A stretch of DNA of 64,000 nucleotides from contig JAWXAY010000080.1 of the NCBI GenBank assembly GCA_034439715.1, positions 2,063 through 66,062 of the forward strand. The letters are read 5' to 3'. Origin of the DNA: Pseudomonadota bacterium (GTDB lineage Bacteria; Bdellovibrionota; Bdellovibrionia; Bdellovibrionales; SG-bin7). Both the position numbers and the translations under genes were made by a program. The notes below the pieces were generated by a model. It was given only the letters and a program-made list of their open reading frames with translations. It searched no databases and had not been told where the DNA came from. This document shows positions 18,339 through 28,665 of the stretch, one piece after another. Numbering within the stretch: position 1 is the stretch's first letter; each line of letters starts with the position of its first letter.

Positions 18339-20519
18339 TCACCACGACTCCGAATAGGTTTTAGTAATTCTTTGAAACCTGCGGTGAAGGAAAAAGTATT
18401 CATTTGCCGGCTGATCGTCAGAAACTATCAAGGTTAAATCGTCTCCTAAAAAATCTTTCGGATTTAGTTCGTTAGCCACCATTTTTTCTAAAAGAGATAA
18501 AGCTGAAACTCCGGGATGCCACTCGATCATGTCCTGCAAGGCAGCCTCAGGCATTCGGAGCAGCAGCTCTGCTGCGCTCGGAACATTAATCGGCACGTTT
18601 GAAGCTAAGAAATGATAGCCGCTGTCTTTTATAGATCGAAAAAGTCGCACATAAGGAAATGAATTTAATAGGGACCTGGTAACCGCGTTCAGAATGCGAG
18701 TGTCTCCACCGGGAAACCATTGGGCGAGCATGCCATTTGGTGTAAGTCGAGTTTTAATTAATTCGTAAAATTCAGAGGAATATAACAGGCTAGATCCTGC
18801 CGCCTCTATTGGTGGGGGAGGATCGATGGTTACTAAGTCAAATTTTTCTTTTGTTCGAAGTAAAAATCGCCTGCCATCGTCAATAACAATTCGGCCTTTA
18901 GGGTGATTAAGGTACTGGGCGGCGTCGCTATGAAAATACGGAAAAACATCTCGTACAGAAGGTATTAATTCAACCGCAGCGGAGTTAATATTCCACGTTA
19001 AAAGGGACCTGAATGTTGTGCCCATACCAAAACAAATCACCAAAGTGTTTTTGGCGTCGTCAATTAATACTAAGGGAAAATGTGCCATAAATTTTGTGGC
19101 GGGTTCAAGCGAGGTTATGCCCACACCATTTACGAGAAGTTTTTTGTTCATATCTAAACCATGAGCGACTACAGTAGCTGTGTGATCTCTTTTGACGACG
19201 GCGGTGCCGTAATAAATGCCGTCCTCATAGCTATGGCTAACGAAATATCCAATTAAAAGAAATGCTATGCATGCCGTGCCAAGTCCCACTCTGAGAGACT
19301 TTTTTTTTACTGAATTTAATCGCATAAACGCCAGACAGACAATGGGGAGACTTAAAATCAACAATGTAACTTTGGTGCCGACCCAGGGGAGCAGAAAGTA
19401 GCCGGCGACCAGTGGTCCCAAGATTGAGCCCAAAATGTTGATGGCGTAAGCCTGTCCCATGAGCTTGGGGTCACCTAAAGAAAATCGATCCACAAGTTTT
19501 GGGGTTAGATATCCTAAAATAAAACAAAATGGAAAAATACTAGCAAGGGCAATGTTTGTAGTAGGGTGTAAATAGGGATCGCTCAATATGACCGGTAAGA
19601 TTGAGGTCGCCGCTGCTAGAAACACAAGTACACCATCAGAAAAAACAGTTTCCGCTTTATAGTGTCGGCGGAGCATAAAGGCCCCTAACCAAGTACCTAC
19701 CAAGTAAGTAGCCAAAATTTTGGCGAAAGCATATATCGTAGTGAGTGTGACGGGAGTAAAGGCGCGCACCCAGCCTACTTCCATCGCCATAGACACAAAT
19801 CCGGTGATAAAGAGGACAGAAAGTAGATACCACTTTGGTGTGACTTCGGCACCGGAACCCTTAATAACTACCCCTTCATTTTCTAGAGAAGAATAATCTT
19901 GCTTCTTAGTAGAGTAATAAATCGCCGCAAGGCCGATGGCAAAATTCACTATGGCGCCTACGATTAAAGTTTTATGAAAACCCAGTAATTCAATAAGAGC
20001 CATTGAAGTTAACCAAGTACCTAGAACTGCGCCGACTACATTTGCCATGTACAAAAAGCTAAAACTCGTGCGAGCATTTGGCACATTTCTCTTAATGTGA
20101 CCGATCATTAAAGGTAAGGTTGCACCCATCAAAATACACCATGGGAGTAAGGAGATACAAATGAGCATTGCGGACCAAAACAGGTAGGCGGCTGAATCAG
20201 AAGTTTCAAGTTTTAAGAGATAGTTGTTACTCCATGAAAACAAAGCGGGAACGACAAAGGCTCCCAGGCCTATACCAATTTCGGCTATGCCGTAGGTTTT
20301 GAGCAAAAAACCAGAGTCTGAGAGAGAAAGTTTTTCAAATTTTCCGCCGAAGACGGTGCCTAGCGCCAGTCCCAACATAAAAACTGAAATTACGACGGAA
20401 ACGATGGGGGTAATTACGCCAAAGTTAGCAAAGGCGAGTCTTAACCACACGATTTGGTAGAGAAGACCACAAAATCCTGATAAAAGAAAAAATAGGAAAA
20501 ATAGACGGCGTGTTGTCAT
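18339..20519 (-). CDS. Fused polytopic membrane domain / spermidine synthase-like (PABS) methyltransferase-fold protein
   Basis: 726 aa. The N-terminal ~430 aa hold 12 or more TM helices. The C-terminal region has LVICFGMGTTFRSLL, VELIPSV, VIDDGRRFL and FDLVTIDPPPP, resembling aminopropyltransferase fold motifs. Confidence 0.65.
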   Translation of the reverse strand: MTTRRLFFLFFLLSGFCGLLYQIVWLRLAFANFGVITPIVSVVISVFMLGLALGTVFGGKFEKLSLSDSGFLLKTYGIAEIGIGLGAFVVPALFSWSNNYLLKLETSDSAAYLFWSAMLICISLLPWCILMGATLPLMIGHIKRNVPNARTSFSFLYMANVVGAVLGTWLTSMALIELLGFHKTLIVGAIVNFAIGLAAIYYSTKKQDYSSLENEGVVIKGSGAEVTPKWYLLSVLFITGFVSMAMEVGWVRAFTPVTLTTIYAFAKILATYLVGTWLGAFMLRRHYKAETVFSDGVLVFLAAATSILPVILSDPYLHPTTNIALASIFPFCFILGYLTPKLVDRFSLGDPKLMGQAYAINILGSILGPLVAGYFLLPWVGTKVTLLILSLPIVCLAFMRLNSVKKKSLRVGLGTACIAFLLIGYFVSHSYEDGIYYGTAVVKRDHTATVVAHGLDMNKKLLVNGVGITSLEPATKFMAHFPLVLIDDAKNTLVICFGMGTTFRSLLTWNINSAAVELIPSVRDVFPYFHSDAAQYLNHPKGRIVIDDGRRFLLRTKEKFDLVTIDPPPPIEAAGSSLLYSSEFYELIKTRLTPNGMLAQWFPGGDTRILNAVTRSLLNSFPYVRLFRSIKDSGYHFLASNVPINVPSAAELLLRMPEAALQDMIEWHPGVSALSLLEKMVANELNPKDFLGDDLTLIVSDDQPANEYFFLHRRFQRITKTYSESW

Positions 20520-20618
20520 GTGGGGCCCCCTGAAACATTTGAAGTGTTAACTAAATTTAAGAGGTGTTCAAGTCAAGATAGCGCAGGGCATCATTCAATT
20601 GAAAGAGGATTTGAAAAC

Positions 20619-20659
20619 AGATTTTTAAATCTTGATCTCATGGGGCAAGCTGGATAAAT
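20619..20659 (+). promoter_or_regulatory. Candidate promoter of the 20694..29851 operon (TTGATC-16 nt-TGgATAAAT) abutted by the inverted repeat AGATTT-TT-AAATCT
   Basis: IR at 20619..20632, -35-like at 20632..20637, extended -10-like at 20651..20659. Short AT-rich motifs only, so support is weak. Confidence 0.25.
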
Positions 20660-20693
20660 TCAAAAAACTAAACTTCTAACAGGGGAATCTCTA

Positions 20694-21698
20694 GTGCAAA
20701 ATAATAGCTTGGCGCTATTGAAAAAGTCTTTTAAAAAAGCTTTACTAACTCGCCTCAGTGAACAAGCCGTACAAAAAGAATACTTCGATAACGAAATGAA
20801 AACTCCTGTTCACTTGAGCATCGGAGCTGAAGCCATTTCAGCTGGTGTGCAAGCTTGTCTACCAGAGCCGTTTCAAGCTTTCGGAACGTATCGCAATCAT
20901 GCTCTATACCTTTCTATCACTGAAGACACCGATACTTTTTTTGGTGAACTATTCGGTCGAGTGAGTGGATGTGCGCGTGGTAAAGCGGGATCTATGCATA
21001 TGTCAGCTCCTGAAAAAGGTCTCATCGCTACCTCCGCTGTGGTTGGTACAACAATACCATTGGCCGTCGGGGCGGCTGTTGCTAATCGGATTATGAAAAA
21101 AAATCAACAGGTCGTAGTTTTTTTTGGTGACGGCGCGGTTGAAGAAGGCGTGTTTTGGGAGAGCATTAACTTTGCCTGTTTGCAAAAGCTCCCGGTGTTG
21201 TTTGTCTGCGAAGACAATCATCTCGCCATACATAGCCATAAACATGCCCGGCAGGGATTTAAAGCTCTGGGAGACGTCGTTGCTGGCTTTGATTGTTATT
21301 ATGATTTCGGTGATGGTTCTGAGTTGACCGATGTTATCGAGAAAACACAAGGCATGTTAAACAAAATGCAAGCAAACTCTAAACCCGGTATTTTGCACTT
21401 CGAGTATTTTCGCTTTCTAGAACACGTTGGCCCAATGGAAGATTTTAAGTTTGGATACCGAGAAAAACCCGAAGCGGCTGAAGCCAAACATGATCCACTA
21501 ATCAAAGCCGAAAATAAATTGGTTTCAATGGGCGTAGATGCCCTTGAAATTGAGAGCTGGAAGTCAGAGTTTCTGTCCAAAATTAAACAGAGTATGGAAA
21601 AAGCGAGGAGAGCGCCATTCCCTGACCCATCGGAATTATTCACCGATGTGTTGACTGAGGAACCCGCGACCAGTAACTCCCAGGGTTTAAGTCATTAA
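20694..21698 (+). CDS. ThDP-dependent dehydrogenase E1 component, alpha subunit (PdhA/AcoA-like)
   Basis: 334 aa, GTG start. ThDP-binding motif GDGAVEEGVFWESINFACLQKLPVLFVCEDN (GDG-x26-N). Confidence 0.8.
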   Translation: MQNNSLALLKKSFKKALLTRLSEQAVQKEYFDNEMKTPVHLSIGAEAISAGVQACLPEPFQAFGTYRNHALYLSITEDTDTFFGELFGRVSGCARGKAGSMHMSAPEKGLIATSAVVGTTIPLAVGAAVANRIMKKNQQVVVFFGDGAVEEGVFWESINFACLQKLPVLFVCEDNHLAIHSHKHARQGFKALGDVVAGFDCYYDFGDGSELTDVIEKTQGMLNKMQANSKPGILHFEYFRFLEHVGPMEDFKFGYREKPEAAEAKHDPLIKAENKLVSMGVDALEIESWKSEFLSKIKQSMEKARRAPFPDPSELFTDVLTEEPATSNSQGLSH

Positions 21699-21710
21699 TC
21701 TGAGGTAAAT

Positions 21711-22883
21711 ATGAAGCTTTCCATGCCACTCATGAATAATAATATTACCCGTGAAGATCGGGATGTCTTGATAGAATTTTTAAAGGGTGACCCCATACTT
21801 ACACAATCGACCAACGTGAAGGCGTTTGAGAAAGAGTGGTCACAGTGGCTGGGAGTTAAGTACAGTGTGTTTGTTAATTCGGGATCATCCGCCAATTTTA
21901 TTACGATGAATGCCATCAAGCAGATTTATGGGCAGGGTGAAGTCATCGTGCCGACACTGACTTGGGTGTCAGATGTGGCCAGTGTTATAAATGCCGGACT
22001 AAAACCAGTATTTGTAGATATTAATGAGCGCCATTTAGGAATGGATTGCGACCAAATCTTATCTAAGATTACAAGCCAGACACGCGCTGTATTTTTGACT
22101 CACGTTTTAGGTTTCAATGCTCTTTCAGATAGGCTACTTAAAGAATTAGAGGCGCGTAAAATTCCTTTGATTGAAGATGTTTGCGAATCTCACGGCGCTA
22201 CCTTTAAAGGTAAAAAACTTGGCTCCTATGGCTTGGCTTCAAATTTTTCATTTTATTATGCCCACCACATGACCACAATTGAAGGTGGCATGATATGCAC
22301 CAATGATGAAAAAATTTACGAAGTTTCTCGCCTCTACCGTTCCCACGGCATGGTACGGGAAGCTACTTCAGAAGACATGAAAAATTCTTACATCAAAGAA
22401 AATCCAGAATTAAATCCCGAGTTTATTTTTGCCTATCCAGGATTTAATATGAGGAGCACAGAGATCAATGCCGTTCTTGGTCGGAACCAATTAAAAAGTT
22501 TGGATGCCAATAATGAAAAAAGAACGAAAAACTTTAAACTTTTTTTAAGTCTACTGGATGCAAAAAAATACCGAACTGATTTTGATATTGAGGGCAGCGT
22601 GAATTACGCGTTAACTTTAGTAATCAAAGACGGCAATCCTGAGAAAGCTCAAAAGGTGATGGCAAATTTGAAAGAGGCTGGCGTCGAGTTTCGCCGAGGC
22701 CTCTCGGGCGGCGGAAGCCAAATTCGTCAACCTTATTTGCGGGGCTATGTGGCTCCTGACGATTATAAAAAATTCCCGAAAACGGATTACGTGCATTTCT
22801 ATGGATTTTATATAGGTAACTTTCCGAGCTTGGAAGAGCAAAAAATTAATGATCTTTGTCAACTTCTTAATAGGACAATATAA
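21711..22883 (+). CDS. NDP-4-keto-6-deoxy-sugar 3-dehydratase of the ColD/E1 (DdhC)/SpnQ type (DegT fold with His in place of the PLP lysine)
   Basis: 390 aa. FSFYYAHHMTTIEGG (His185/His186, codons 22263..22268) aligns with ColD SFYSHHIATMEGG. The other two DegT paralogs in the window keep Lys (SFFPAKPLG, SFYPGKNLG). Confidence 0.7.
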   Translation: MKLSMPLMNNNITREDRDVLIEFLKGDPILTQSTNVKAFEKEWSQWLGVKYSVFVNSGSSANFITMNAIKQIYGQGEVIVPTLTWVSDVASVINAGLKPVFVDINERHLGMDCDQILSKITSQTRAVFLTHVLGFNALSDRLLKELEARKIPLIEDVCESHGATFKGKKLGSYGLASNFSFYYAHHMTTIEGGMICTNDEKIYEVSRLYRSHGMVREATSEDMKNSYIKENPELNPEFIFAYPGFNMRSTEINAVLGRNQLKSLDANNEKRTKNFKLFLSLLDAKKYRTDFDIEGSVNYALTLVIKDGNPEKAQKVMANLKEAGVEFRRGLSGGGSQIRQPYLRGYVAPDDYKKFPKTDYVHFYGFYIGNFPSLEEQKINDLCQLLNRTI

Positions 22884-22885
22884 AT

Positions 22886-23926
22886 ATGAAGCAAAACATG
22901 TTTTACCGAGATGCTTTAGCGCTGGCTCAAGAAAAAGAAATGGCCGCTGATCCAACAGTTTTTGTGTTTGGTTTAGATGTACCCGATCACAAACAAATTT
23001 TTGGCAGCACAAAAAATCTTCTCGAAAAATTTGGTAGCGAGCGATGTTTTGGCACTCCCTTATCTGAAGACGCCATGACCGGTGTGGCATTGGGCGCAGC
23101 CATTACCGGCATGCGACCTATTCATGTTCACATTCGGGCTGATTTTATGCTTCTGGGAATGAACCAAATTGCCAATATGATTTCAAGTATTAGGTATATG
23201 TCAGGCGGCAAACTTAAGGTTCCTTTGGTTATTCGCGCCGTGATCGGTCGGGGTTGGGGGCAGTCTGCCCAACATTCTAAATCCATGCATAGTTCGTTTG
23301 CGCATATTCCTGGACTTAAAGTCGTTATGCCTACAACTCCGCAAGATGCCTATAGTTTGCTTCGGGCTTCAGTTCGTGATGATAATCCAGTTATTTTTTT
23401 AGAGCACCGCTGGCTTTATGATATTTCTGGCGAGGTTGATGATTCTAAGTCTGATCAGCTTGGCAAGGCCATTGTCAGGCGTGAAGGTAAGGATGTGACT
23501 ATTATAGCGACTTCGTGGATGACCGTTGAGGCCCTACAGGCGGCCGAAATTCTGCAAAGAAAAAACATTAATGTCGAGGTCGTTGACGTTAGATCTATTG
23601 CTCCTGTTGATATGACGGCCCTCGAAAATTCGGTGAACAAAACTAAGAATTGTTTGGTGGCTGATTATGACTGGATATTTTGTGGATTTAGCGCAGAAGT
23701 GGCTGCTGAATTAAGTCATCGTTGTTTTGAAAGTCTGGAGCGGCCGATTGAGCGCATTGGCTTTGAACACGTGCCGTGCCCAACGACTCGTCCCTTAGAA
23801 AATATTTATTATCCTTCGGCTTTATCATTGGTTCGTCGAATTGAGAAAATGTTAGGTCTTGCGAAAACTGACGTGAGTCAGGACAAATTTTACACCTATG
23901 AAGAACGCTTCAGAGGTCCATTTTAA
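22886..23926 (+). CDS. ThDP-dependent dehydrogenase E1 component, beta subunit (transketolase-like Pyr and C-terminal domains)
   Basis: 346 aa. FGTPLSEDAMTGVALGAAITGMRPI and the PdhB/AcoB-like layout. It starts 3 nt after the dehydratase stop. Confidence 0.8.
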   Translation: MKQNMFYRDALALAQEKEMAADPTVFVFGLDVPDHKQIFGSTKNLLEKFGSERCFGTPLSEDAMTGVALGAAITGMRPIHVHIRADFMLLGMNQIANMISSIRYMSGGKLKVPLVIRAVIGRGWGQSAQHSKSMHSSFAHIPGLKVVMPTTPQDAYSLLRASVRDDNPVIFLEHRWLYDISGEVDDSKSDQLGKAIVRREGKDVTIIATSWMTVEALQAAEILQRKNINVEVVDVRSIAPVDMTALENSVNKTKNCLVADYDWIFCGFSAEVAAELSHRCFESLERPIERIGFEHVPCPTTRPLENIYYPSALSLVRRIEKMLGLAKTDVSQDKFYTYEERFRGPF

Positions 23927-23937
23927 TTGGAGGCAAT

Positions 23938-25473
23938 TTGGAAAAAACCGACGTATTATTAATTAATCCCAGCGCTCTAAGTAGTATCTACCAGTCGCTA
24001 AGTCATGACCTAGCGGCCATTGAGCCTCCGATCTGGGCTGCCTTGATTGCCAATCATTTACGAGCTCGCGGCAAATCTGTTCAGCTTATAGACGCCGAAG
24101 GAAATGGCATGACGGTAAAAGATACTGTCGGCGCCGTCGCAAATTTAGAGCCAAAACTAACTGTGATAGTAGTTTATGGCCAGCAGCCTTCAGCCTCAAC
24201 TCAAAATATGTATGCGGCCTCGTTACTCTGTAGTGAACTTAAGGCCACCTATCCAGAACGTAAAATTTTATTAGTTGGTGGCCATGTTTCAGCCTTAGCC
24301 GCCAGAACTCTCAGCGAAGAAAAAGCGGATTTCGTCTGTCGCGGTGAAGGCCCCTACACCATTGATGCCTTATTAGCTTCAGATATGAATGACACCGCTC
24401 AATTGGCAAAAGTACCGGGACTATTTTATCGTGAGGATGGAGTTACAAAACAGGGACCGCCTGCTACAAATATTGCACAAAATATGATGGCACATGAATT
24501 ACCGGGAATGGCGTTTGATTTATTGCCGATGAAAAACTATCGAGCCCACAACTGGCATGCGTTTGACCATATCAACGAAAGACAACCCTACGCCTCTATC
24601 TACACGAGTCTTGGCTGTCCTTTTAAATGTACCTTTTGTTGTATTAACGCCCCGTTTGGTGGGTCGAGCTTTAGATATTGGGACCCTGAGTTTATGATCA
24701 CTCAGTTTGATATCTTGGCCAATACTTATGGCGTTAAGAACGTCAAAATTGCTGATGAAATGTTCGTGATGAATCAAAATCATTTTTTAAAACTTTGTGG
24801 ACTTTTAAAAGAGCGCAATCACGGGTTTAATATCTGGGCGTATGCACGAGTCGATACAGTGAAACCACAATTTTTAGAGAGTCTAAAAGCGGCTGGAGTT
24901 AATTGGTTAGCGCTTGGTATAGAATCTGGTAGTAAGCACGTTCGTGACGGAGTTACTAAGGGGCGATTTGGCCAAGAAGATATCCACAAAATTGTTAAGC
25001 AGATTAAAGATGCTGGAATTCACGTGATCGGCAATTATATTTTTGGTCTGCCAGATGACAATTTAGAAACTATGCAAGAGACTTTAGACATGGCCCTTGA
25101 GCTTAATTGCGAAATGGGGAACTTCTACAGTGCTATGGCCTACCCCGGGTCAAAATTATACGACATTGCCATTGAAAATAAATGGGCGTTGCCGGACACC
25201 TGGCTCGGTTACTCACAACATGCGGTGGAGTCATTGCCACTTCCCACCAACTTTCTTAGTGCAGGAGACGTGTTAGCATTCAGAGATCGCGCCTTTGATA
25301 CTTATTTTAGTAATCCTAAATACTTAAATCTAGTCCAAGAAAAGTTCGGTACTGATACTTATAATCATATTCGTGAAATGACGAAATTGAAGCTTAAGAG
25401 AAAACACGCAACTGTGTTTCCGGCGGTAATAAAAACAGAAAGCGCCAGTTTATTTAGTGGGGGAATAGTATGA
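23938..25473 (+). CDS. B12-binding-domain radical SAM enzyme (class B type)
   Basis: 511 aa. N-terminal cobalamin-binding-like Rossmann region. CxxxCxxC cluster motif in YTSLGCPFKCTFCCI. Confidence 0.85.
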   Translation: MEKTDVLLINPSALSSIYQSLSHDLAAIEPPIWAALIANHLRARGKSVQLIDAEGNGMTVKDTVGAVANLEPKLTVIVVYGQQPSASTQNMYAASLLCSELKATYPERKILLVGGHVSALAARTLSEEKADFVCRGEGPYTIDALLASDMNDTAQLAKVPGLFYREDGVTKQGPPATNIAQNMMAHELPGMAFDLLPMKNYRAHNWHAFDHINERQPYASIYTSLGCPFKCTFCCINAPFGGSSFRYWDPEFMITQFDILANTYGVKNVKIADEMFVMNQNHFLKLCGLLKERNHGFNIWAYARVDTVKPQFLESLKAAGVNWLALGIESGSKHVRDGVTKGRFGQEDIHKIVKQIKDAGIHVIGNYIFGLPDDNLETMQETLDMALELNCEMGNFYSAMAYPGSKLYDIAIENKWALPDTWLGYSQHAVESLPLPTNFLSAGDVLAFRDRAFDTYFSNPKYLNLVQEKFGTDTYNHIREMTKLKLKRKHATVFPAVIKTESASLFSGGIV

Positions 25474-26402
25474 AAATTCTAGTAACTGGTGGAGCTGGGT
25501 ACATTGGTTCAACCTTGGTTCCTATGCTATTGACCCAAGGCAATCAAGTCACTGTGGTTGATAATTTTATGTATCAGCAGACTCCATTGTTAGAAGTTTG
25601 CGGTGATAGTAAACTTGAAATAGTCAGAGGCGATGCCCGCGATGAAAATTTAATGGCGAGTCTTGTGTCAAAGCATGACGTGATTTTGCCATTAGCCTGT
25701 CTCACTGGTGCGCCTATTTGTAAGAATGACCCCGTGGGCGCTACGACAATTAACCGTGATGCCGTGAGAATGCTGCATAAGCTGAAGTCAAAGCATCAAA
25801 TGATGTTATTCCCCTGTACTAATAGCGGCTATGGCGTTGGATCAAATGGCCTACACTGTGACGAAACAACTCCTATGAATCCGATTACCCTTTACGGAAA
25901 ATTAAAAGTGGAGATCGAAAAATACCTTCTAGATGCTGGCGATGTATTAACGTTTCGTTTGGCAACTGTATTTGGAGCAAGTCCTCGTATGCGTTTGGAT
26001 CTCTTGGTGAATGACTTTGTATATCGTGCCATTAATGATCGCGCGGTGGTATTGTTTGAGCCCCATTTTAAGCGAAACTACGTACACGTGCGAGATGTGG
26101 CTAGCGCGTTCATGCATTCTATTAAAAATTATGACAGTATGAAGGGCCAAGCTTATAATGTCGGGCTCAGCGACGCTAACTTAAGTAAACAAGAGCTTTG
26201 CGAGGCCATTCAGACGCAAATTCCTGGCTTCCAGTTTGTAGTTTCAGAAATTGGCGAGGACCCAGACAAACGAAATTATATCATTAGTAATTCTAAAATT
26301 GAAAAAACGGGTTTTAACGCTAAGGTGAGCTTGGCTGAAGGTGTTACCGAGCTTAAAAAGGTTTTTCAAATTTTAAAGAGATCGCAGTATTCTAACGTAT
26401 GA
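25470..26402 (+). CDS. NAD-dependent nucleotide-sugar epimerase/dehydratase/reductase (extended SDR)
   Basis: 310 aa. MKILVTGGAGYIGS, catalytic YGKLK. 4-nt overlaps on both sides. Confidence 0.75.
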   Translation: MKILVTGGAGYIGSTLVPMLLTQGNQVTVVDNFMYQQTPLLEVCGDSKLEIVRGDARDENLMASLVSKHDVILPLACLTGAPICKNDPVGATTINRDAVRMLHKLKSKHQMMLFPCTNSGYGVGSNGLHCDETTPMNPITLYGKLKVEIEKYLLDAGDVLTFRLATVFGASPRMRLDLLVNDFVYRAINDRAVVLFEPHFKRNYVHVRDVASAFMHSIKNYDSMKGQAYNVGLSDANLSKQELCEAIQTQIPGFQFVVSEIGEDPDKRNYIISNSKIEKTGFNAKVSLAEGVTELKKVFQILKRSQYSNV

Positions 26403-27355
26403 ATCCAAACTTATTTCAGCAATCTCGAATTTTTGTTACAGGACATTCAGGATTGTTGGGATCGTCTTTGGTGCGCGAACTAAAAAAACAGGGCTACTCT
26501 AATCTTATTACGGTTAGCAGAAGTGAGCTTGATCTCTGTGACCTTGGAAGTACTAAAAAGTTTTTACAAAAAATGAAACCCGATGCCGTCATATCTTGTG
26601 CCGCTAAAGTGGGTGGCATAAAGGCCAACTCCAATTACCCGGCTGAATTTATTCGCGACAATCTCCTCATTGAAACGTCTGTGATTGAAGCGAGCTATTC
26701 GGCGGGCGTCAGACAACTTGTTTTTGTGAGCAGCTCATGTGTTTACCCCAAAGATTGTCCCCAACCCATGAATGAAGGTTTTTTACAGGCCGGACCCGTC
26801 GAAGACACTAACTATGCTTACGCGCAAGCAAAGTTAGCTGGCATGAGTATGTGCCGGGCCTACTCAGAGCAGTATGGCTTAAGATATTTTTCTGTAATTC
26901 CTGCAAGTCTTTACGGGCCCAACGATAATTTTGACTTAGAGTCGAGTCATGTGCTGCCGGCTCTCATACATCGTTTTCATATTGCTAGAGAGCAGAACCA
27001 GCCAGAAATTAATTTATGGGGAAGCGGCAAGCCACGTCGAGAATTTATGTATGTCGATGATGGGGCTCGTGCGATCATTTTGGCACTTCAAAAATATTCG
27101 CAGCTTGAGGCGCTTAATATTGGTACCGGCGAGGATTGTGAAATTCGTGAGGTCGCAGAAATTATCAAGGGAGTAGTTGGTTATAAGGGTCAGATCAAAT
27201 TTGACAGTACAAAGGCTGACGGAATTTTGCGAAAGTTAGTGGACTCTACAAAAATATCGAACCTTGGTTTTAAAACGCAGATAAGCCTTTTAGAAGGTAT
27301 CAAAAGTACTTACGATTGGTTTTGTTTAGAGAAGCATGTCAGAGGTAAAAGTTAG
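26399..27355 (+). CDS. GDP-L-fucose synthase-like 3,5-epimerase/4-reductase (Fcl/WcaG family)
   Basis: 318 aa. IFVTGHSGLLGS, AAKVGGIKANSNYPAEFI, SSCVYPK, YAYAQAKLAG and the other Fcl-family hallmarks. The real substrate may be a heptose or deoxyhexose derivative. Confidence 0.75.
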   Translation: MNPNLFQQSRIFVTGHSGLLGSSLVRELKKQGYSNLITVSRSELDLCDLGSTKKFLQKMKPDAVISCAAKVGGIKANSNYPAEFIRDNLLIETSVIEASYSAGVRQLVFVSSSCVYPKDCPQPMNEGFLQAGPVEDTNYAYAQAKLAGMSMCRAYSEQYGLRYFSVIPASLYGPNDNFDLESSHVLPALIHRFHIAREQNQPEINLWGSGKPRREFMYVDDGARAIILALQKYSQLEALNIGTGEDCEIREVAEIIKGVVGYKGQIKFDSTKADGILRKLVDSTKISNLGFKTQISLLEGIKSTYDWFCLEKHVRGKS

Positions 27356-27364
27356 GAGATTTAA

Positions 27365-27952
27365 GTGGTAAATAATATTAGGGAAACTCTTCAAGCAAGT
27401 ATTGATATCAGAAAAGCAATGATATCTGACGATAAAATATTAGCCGCAATTGAGTCTTCAGTGCGAGAATTAACGGCGTGCTTTAATCAAGATGGCGGTT
27501 TACTTTTGGTCGGAAATGGCGGCAGCGCTGCCGATGCCCAGCATTTGGCAGCTGAGTTTGTGGGACGTTTTTATTACGATAGACCGCCTTTAAGGGCCGA
27601 AGCACTTTCGACTAACACCAGCGATCTCACCTGCATCGGAAATGACTATAGTTTTGAAGATATTTTTTCGCGTGCTGTGCAGGGCAAGGGCCGCAAGGGC
27701 GACGTGTTAATGGCAATTTCGACCTCCGGTAACTCTCCCAATGTAGTTAAAGCGGCCGAGGCTGCACGAAAAAAGGGTATGAGGGTTATATCATTAACAG
27801 GGTCTTCCGGCGGAAAGCTTTTAGAAATAAGTGATGTTATCATGAGAGTGCCATCTAAAGATATTCCGCGAATTCAAGAGTGCCACATAACTATTGGTCA
27901 TATTATTTGTGAGCTGGTAGAAGCGGCATTGTTCCCTAATCCAAAGAAGTAA
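27365..27952 (+). CDS. gmhA: D-sedoheptulose-7-phosphate isomerase (SIS domain)
   Basis: 195 aa, GTG start. GNGGSAADAQHLAAEFVGRF, GNDYSFEDIFSRAV, ISTSGNSPNV. Confidence 0.8.
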   Translation: MVNNIRETLQASIDIRKAMISDDKILAAIESSVRELTACFNQDGGLLLVGNGGSAADAQHLAAEFVGRFYYDRPPLRAEALSTNTSDLTCIGNDYSFEDIFSRAVQGKGRKGDVLMAISTSGNSPNVVKAAEAARKKGMRVISLTGSSGGKLLEISDVIMRVPSKDIPRIQECHITIGHIICELVEAALFPNPKK

Positions 27953-27954
27953 AT

Positions 27955-28665
27955 ATGAATTTCCCTGTACTCATTCTAGCTGGTGGTTTTGGCACAAGAC
28001 TTAAATCTGCAATCGGCGATATTCCAAAACCAATAGCTCCTGTTGGCGATAAAACCTTTTTGTATTTTTTAATAAGTAATCTCTATAGGCAAAGTGTGCG
28101 CGAAATCGTTTTTAGTCTTCACTTTAAAGCTGAGTTAGTAATTGCAGAGGTAAAAAAGATGAGTTTGCCTCAAGATTTAAAATTAAAGTTTGTCACAGAA
28201 TCGGAGCCCATGGGCACAGGTGGTGCGATAAAGTTTTGCTGGGAGAGCTGTTCAAATTCCGAGGGTTTGATAGTTGTAAATGGCGATACCTATTTGTCTT
28301 CAGGGATTCAAGAAATTGAAGGGAATAACTTTCGAGATGCTGTGATAGGCTTAACTTTTATCGAAAATACCTTTCGTTATGGCTGCGTCGACCTCGACGA
28401 TAATGAGTTGGTAGTGGCATTTACTGAGAAATCACATAATAAATCTGGTTGGATTAATAATGGCTTGTACCGGCTTCCGGCACACTTACTTAATACTTTG
28501 CCGCAAGGAAAGTATTCTTTAGAAACTAATATTTTCCCGAAATGGTGCCTAGAGGGAAAAATCAAAGGCTTAAAATTAGATGGGGAGTTTATTGATATAG
28601 GGGTACCTGAGGACTATCAAAATTTTCAGAAAAACCTTAAGCAATTCACCAATGCAAACATTTGA
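27955..28665 (+). CDS. Sugar-1-phosphate nucleotidyltransferase (HddC-like heptose-1-phosphate guanylyltransferase candidate)
   Basis: 236 aa. ILAGGFGTRLKSAIGDIPKPIAPV, directly after gmhA. Confidence 0.6.
   Translation: MNFPVLILAGGFGTRLKSAIGDIPKPIAPVGDKTFLYFLISNLYRQSVREIVFSLHFKAELVIAEVKKMSLPQDLKLKFVTESEPMGTGGAIKFCWESCSNSEGLIVVNGDTYLSSGIQEIEGNNFRDAVIGLTFIENTFRYGCVDLDDNELVVAFTEKSHNKSGWINNGLYRLPAHLLNTLPQGKYSLETNIFPKWCLEGKIKGLKLDGEFIDIGVPEDYQNFQKNLKQFTNANI

Noticed and set aside
21003-23090. Antisense ORFs of 114-157 aa inside the E1-alpha, dehydratase and E1-beta genes (21003..21350, 21299..21643, 22617..23090)
   Set aside because: They overlap well-supported plus-strand genes with clear catalytic motifs. 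Their own translations have no motifs, so they are treated as chance ORFs.
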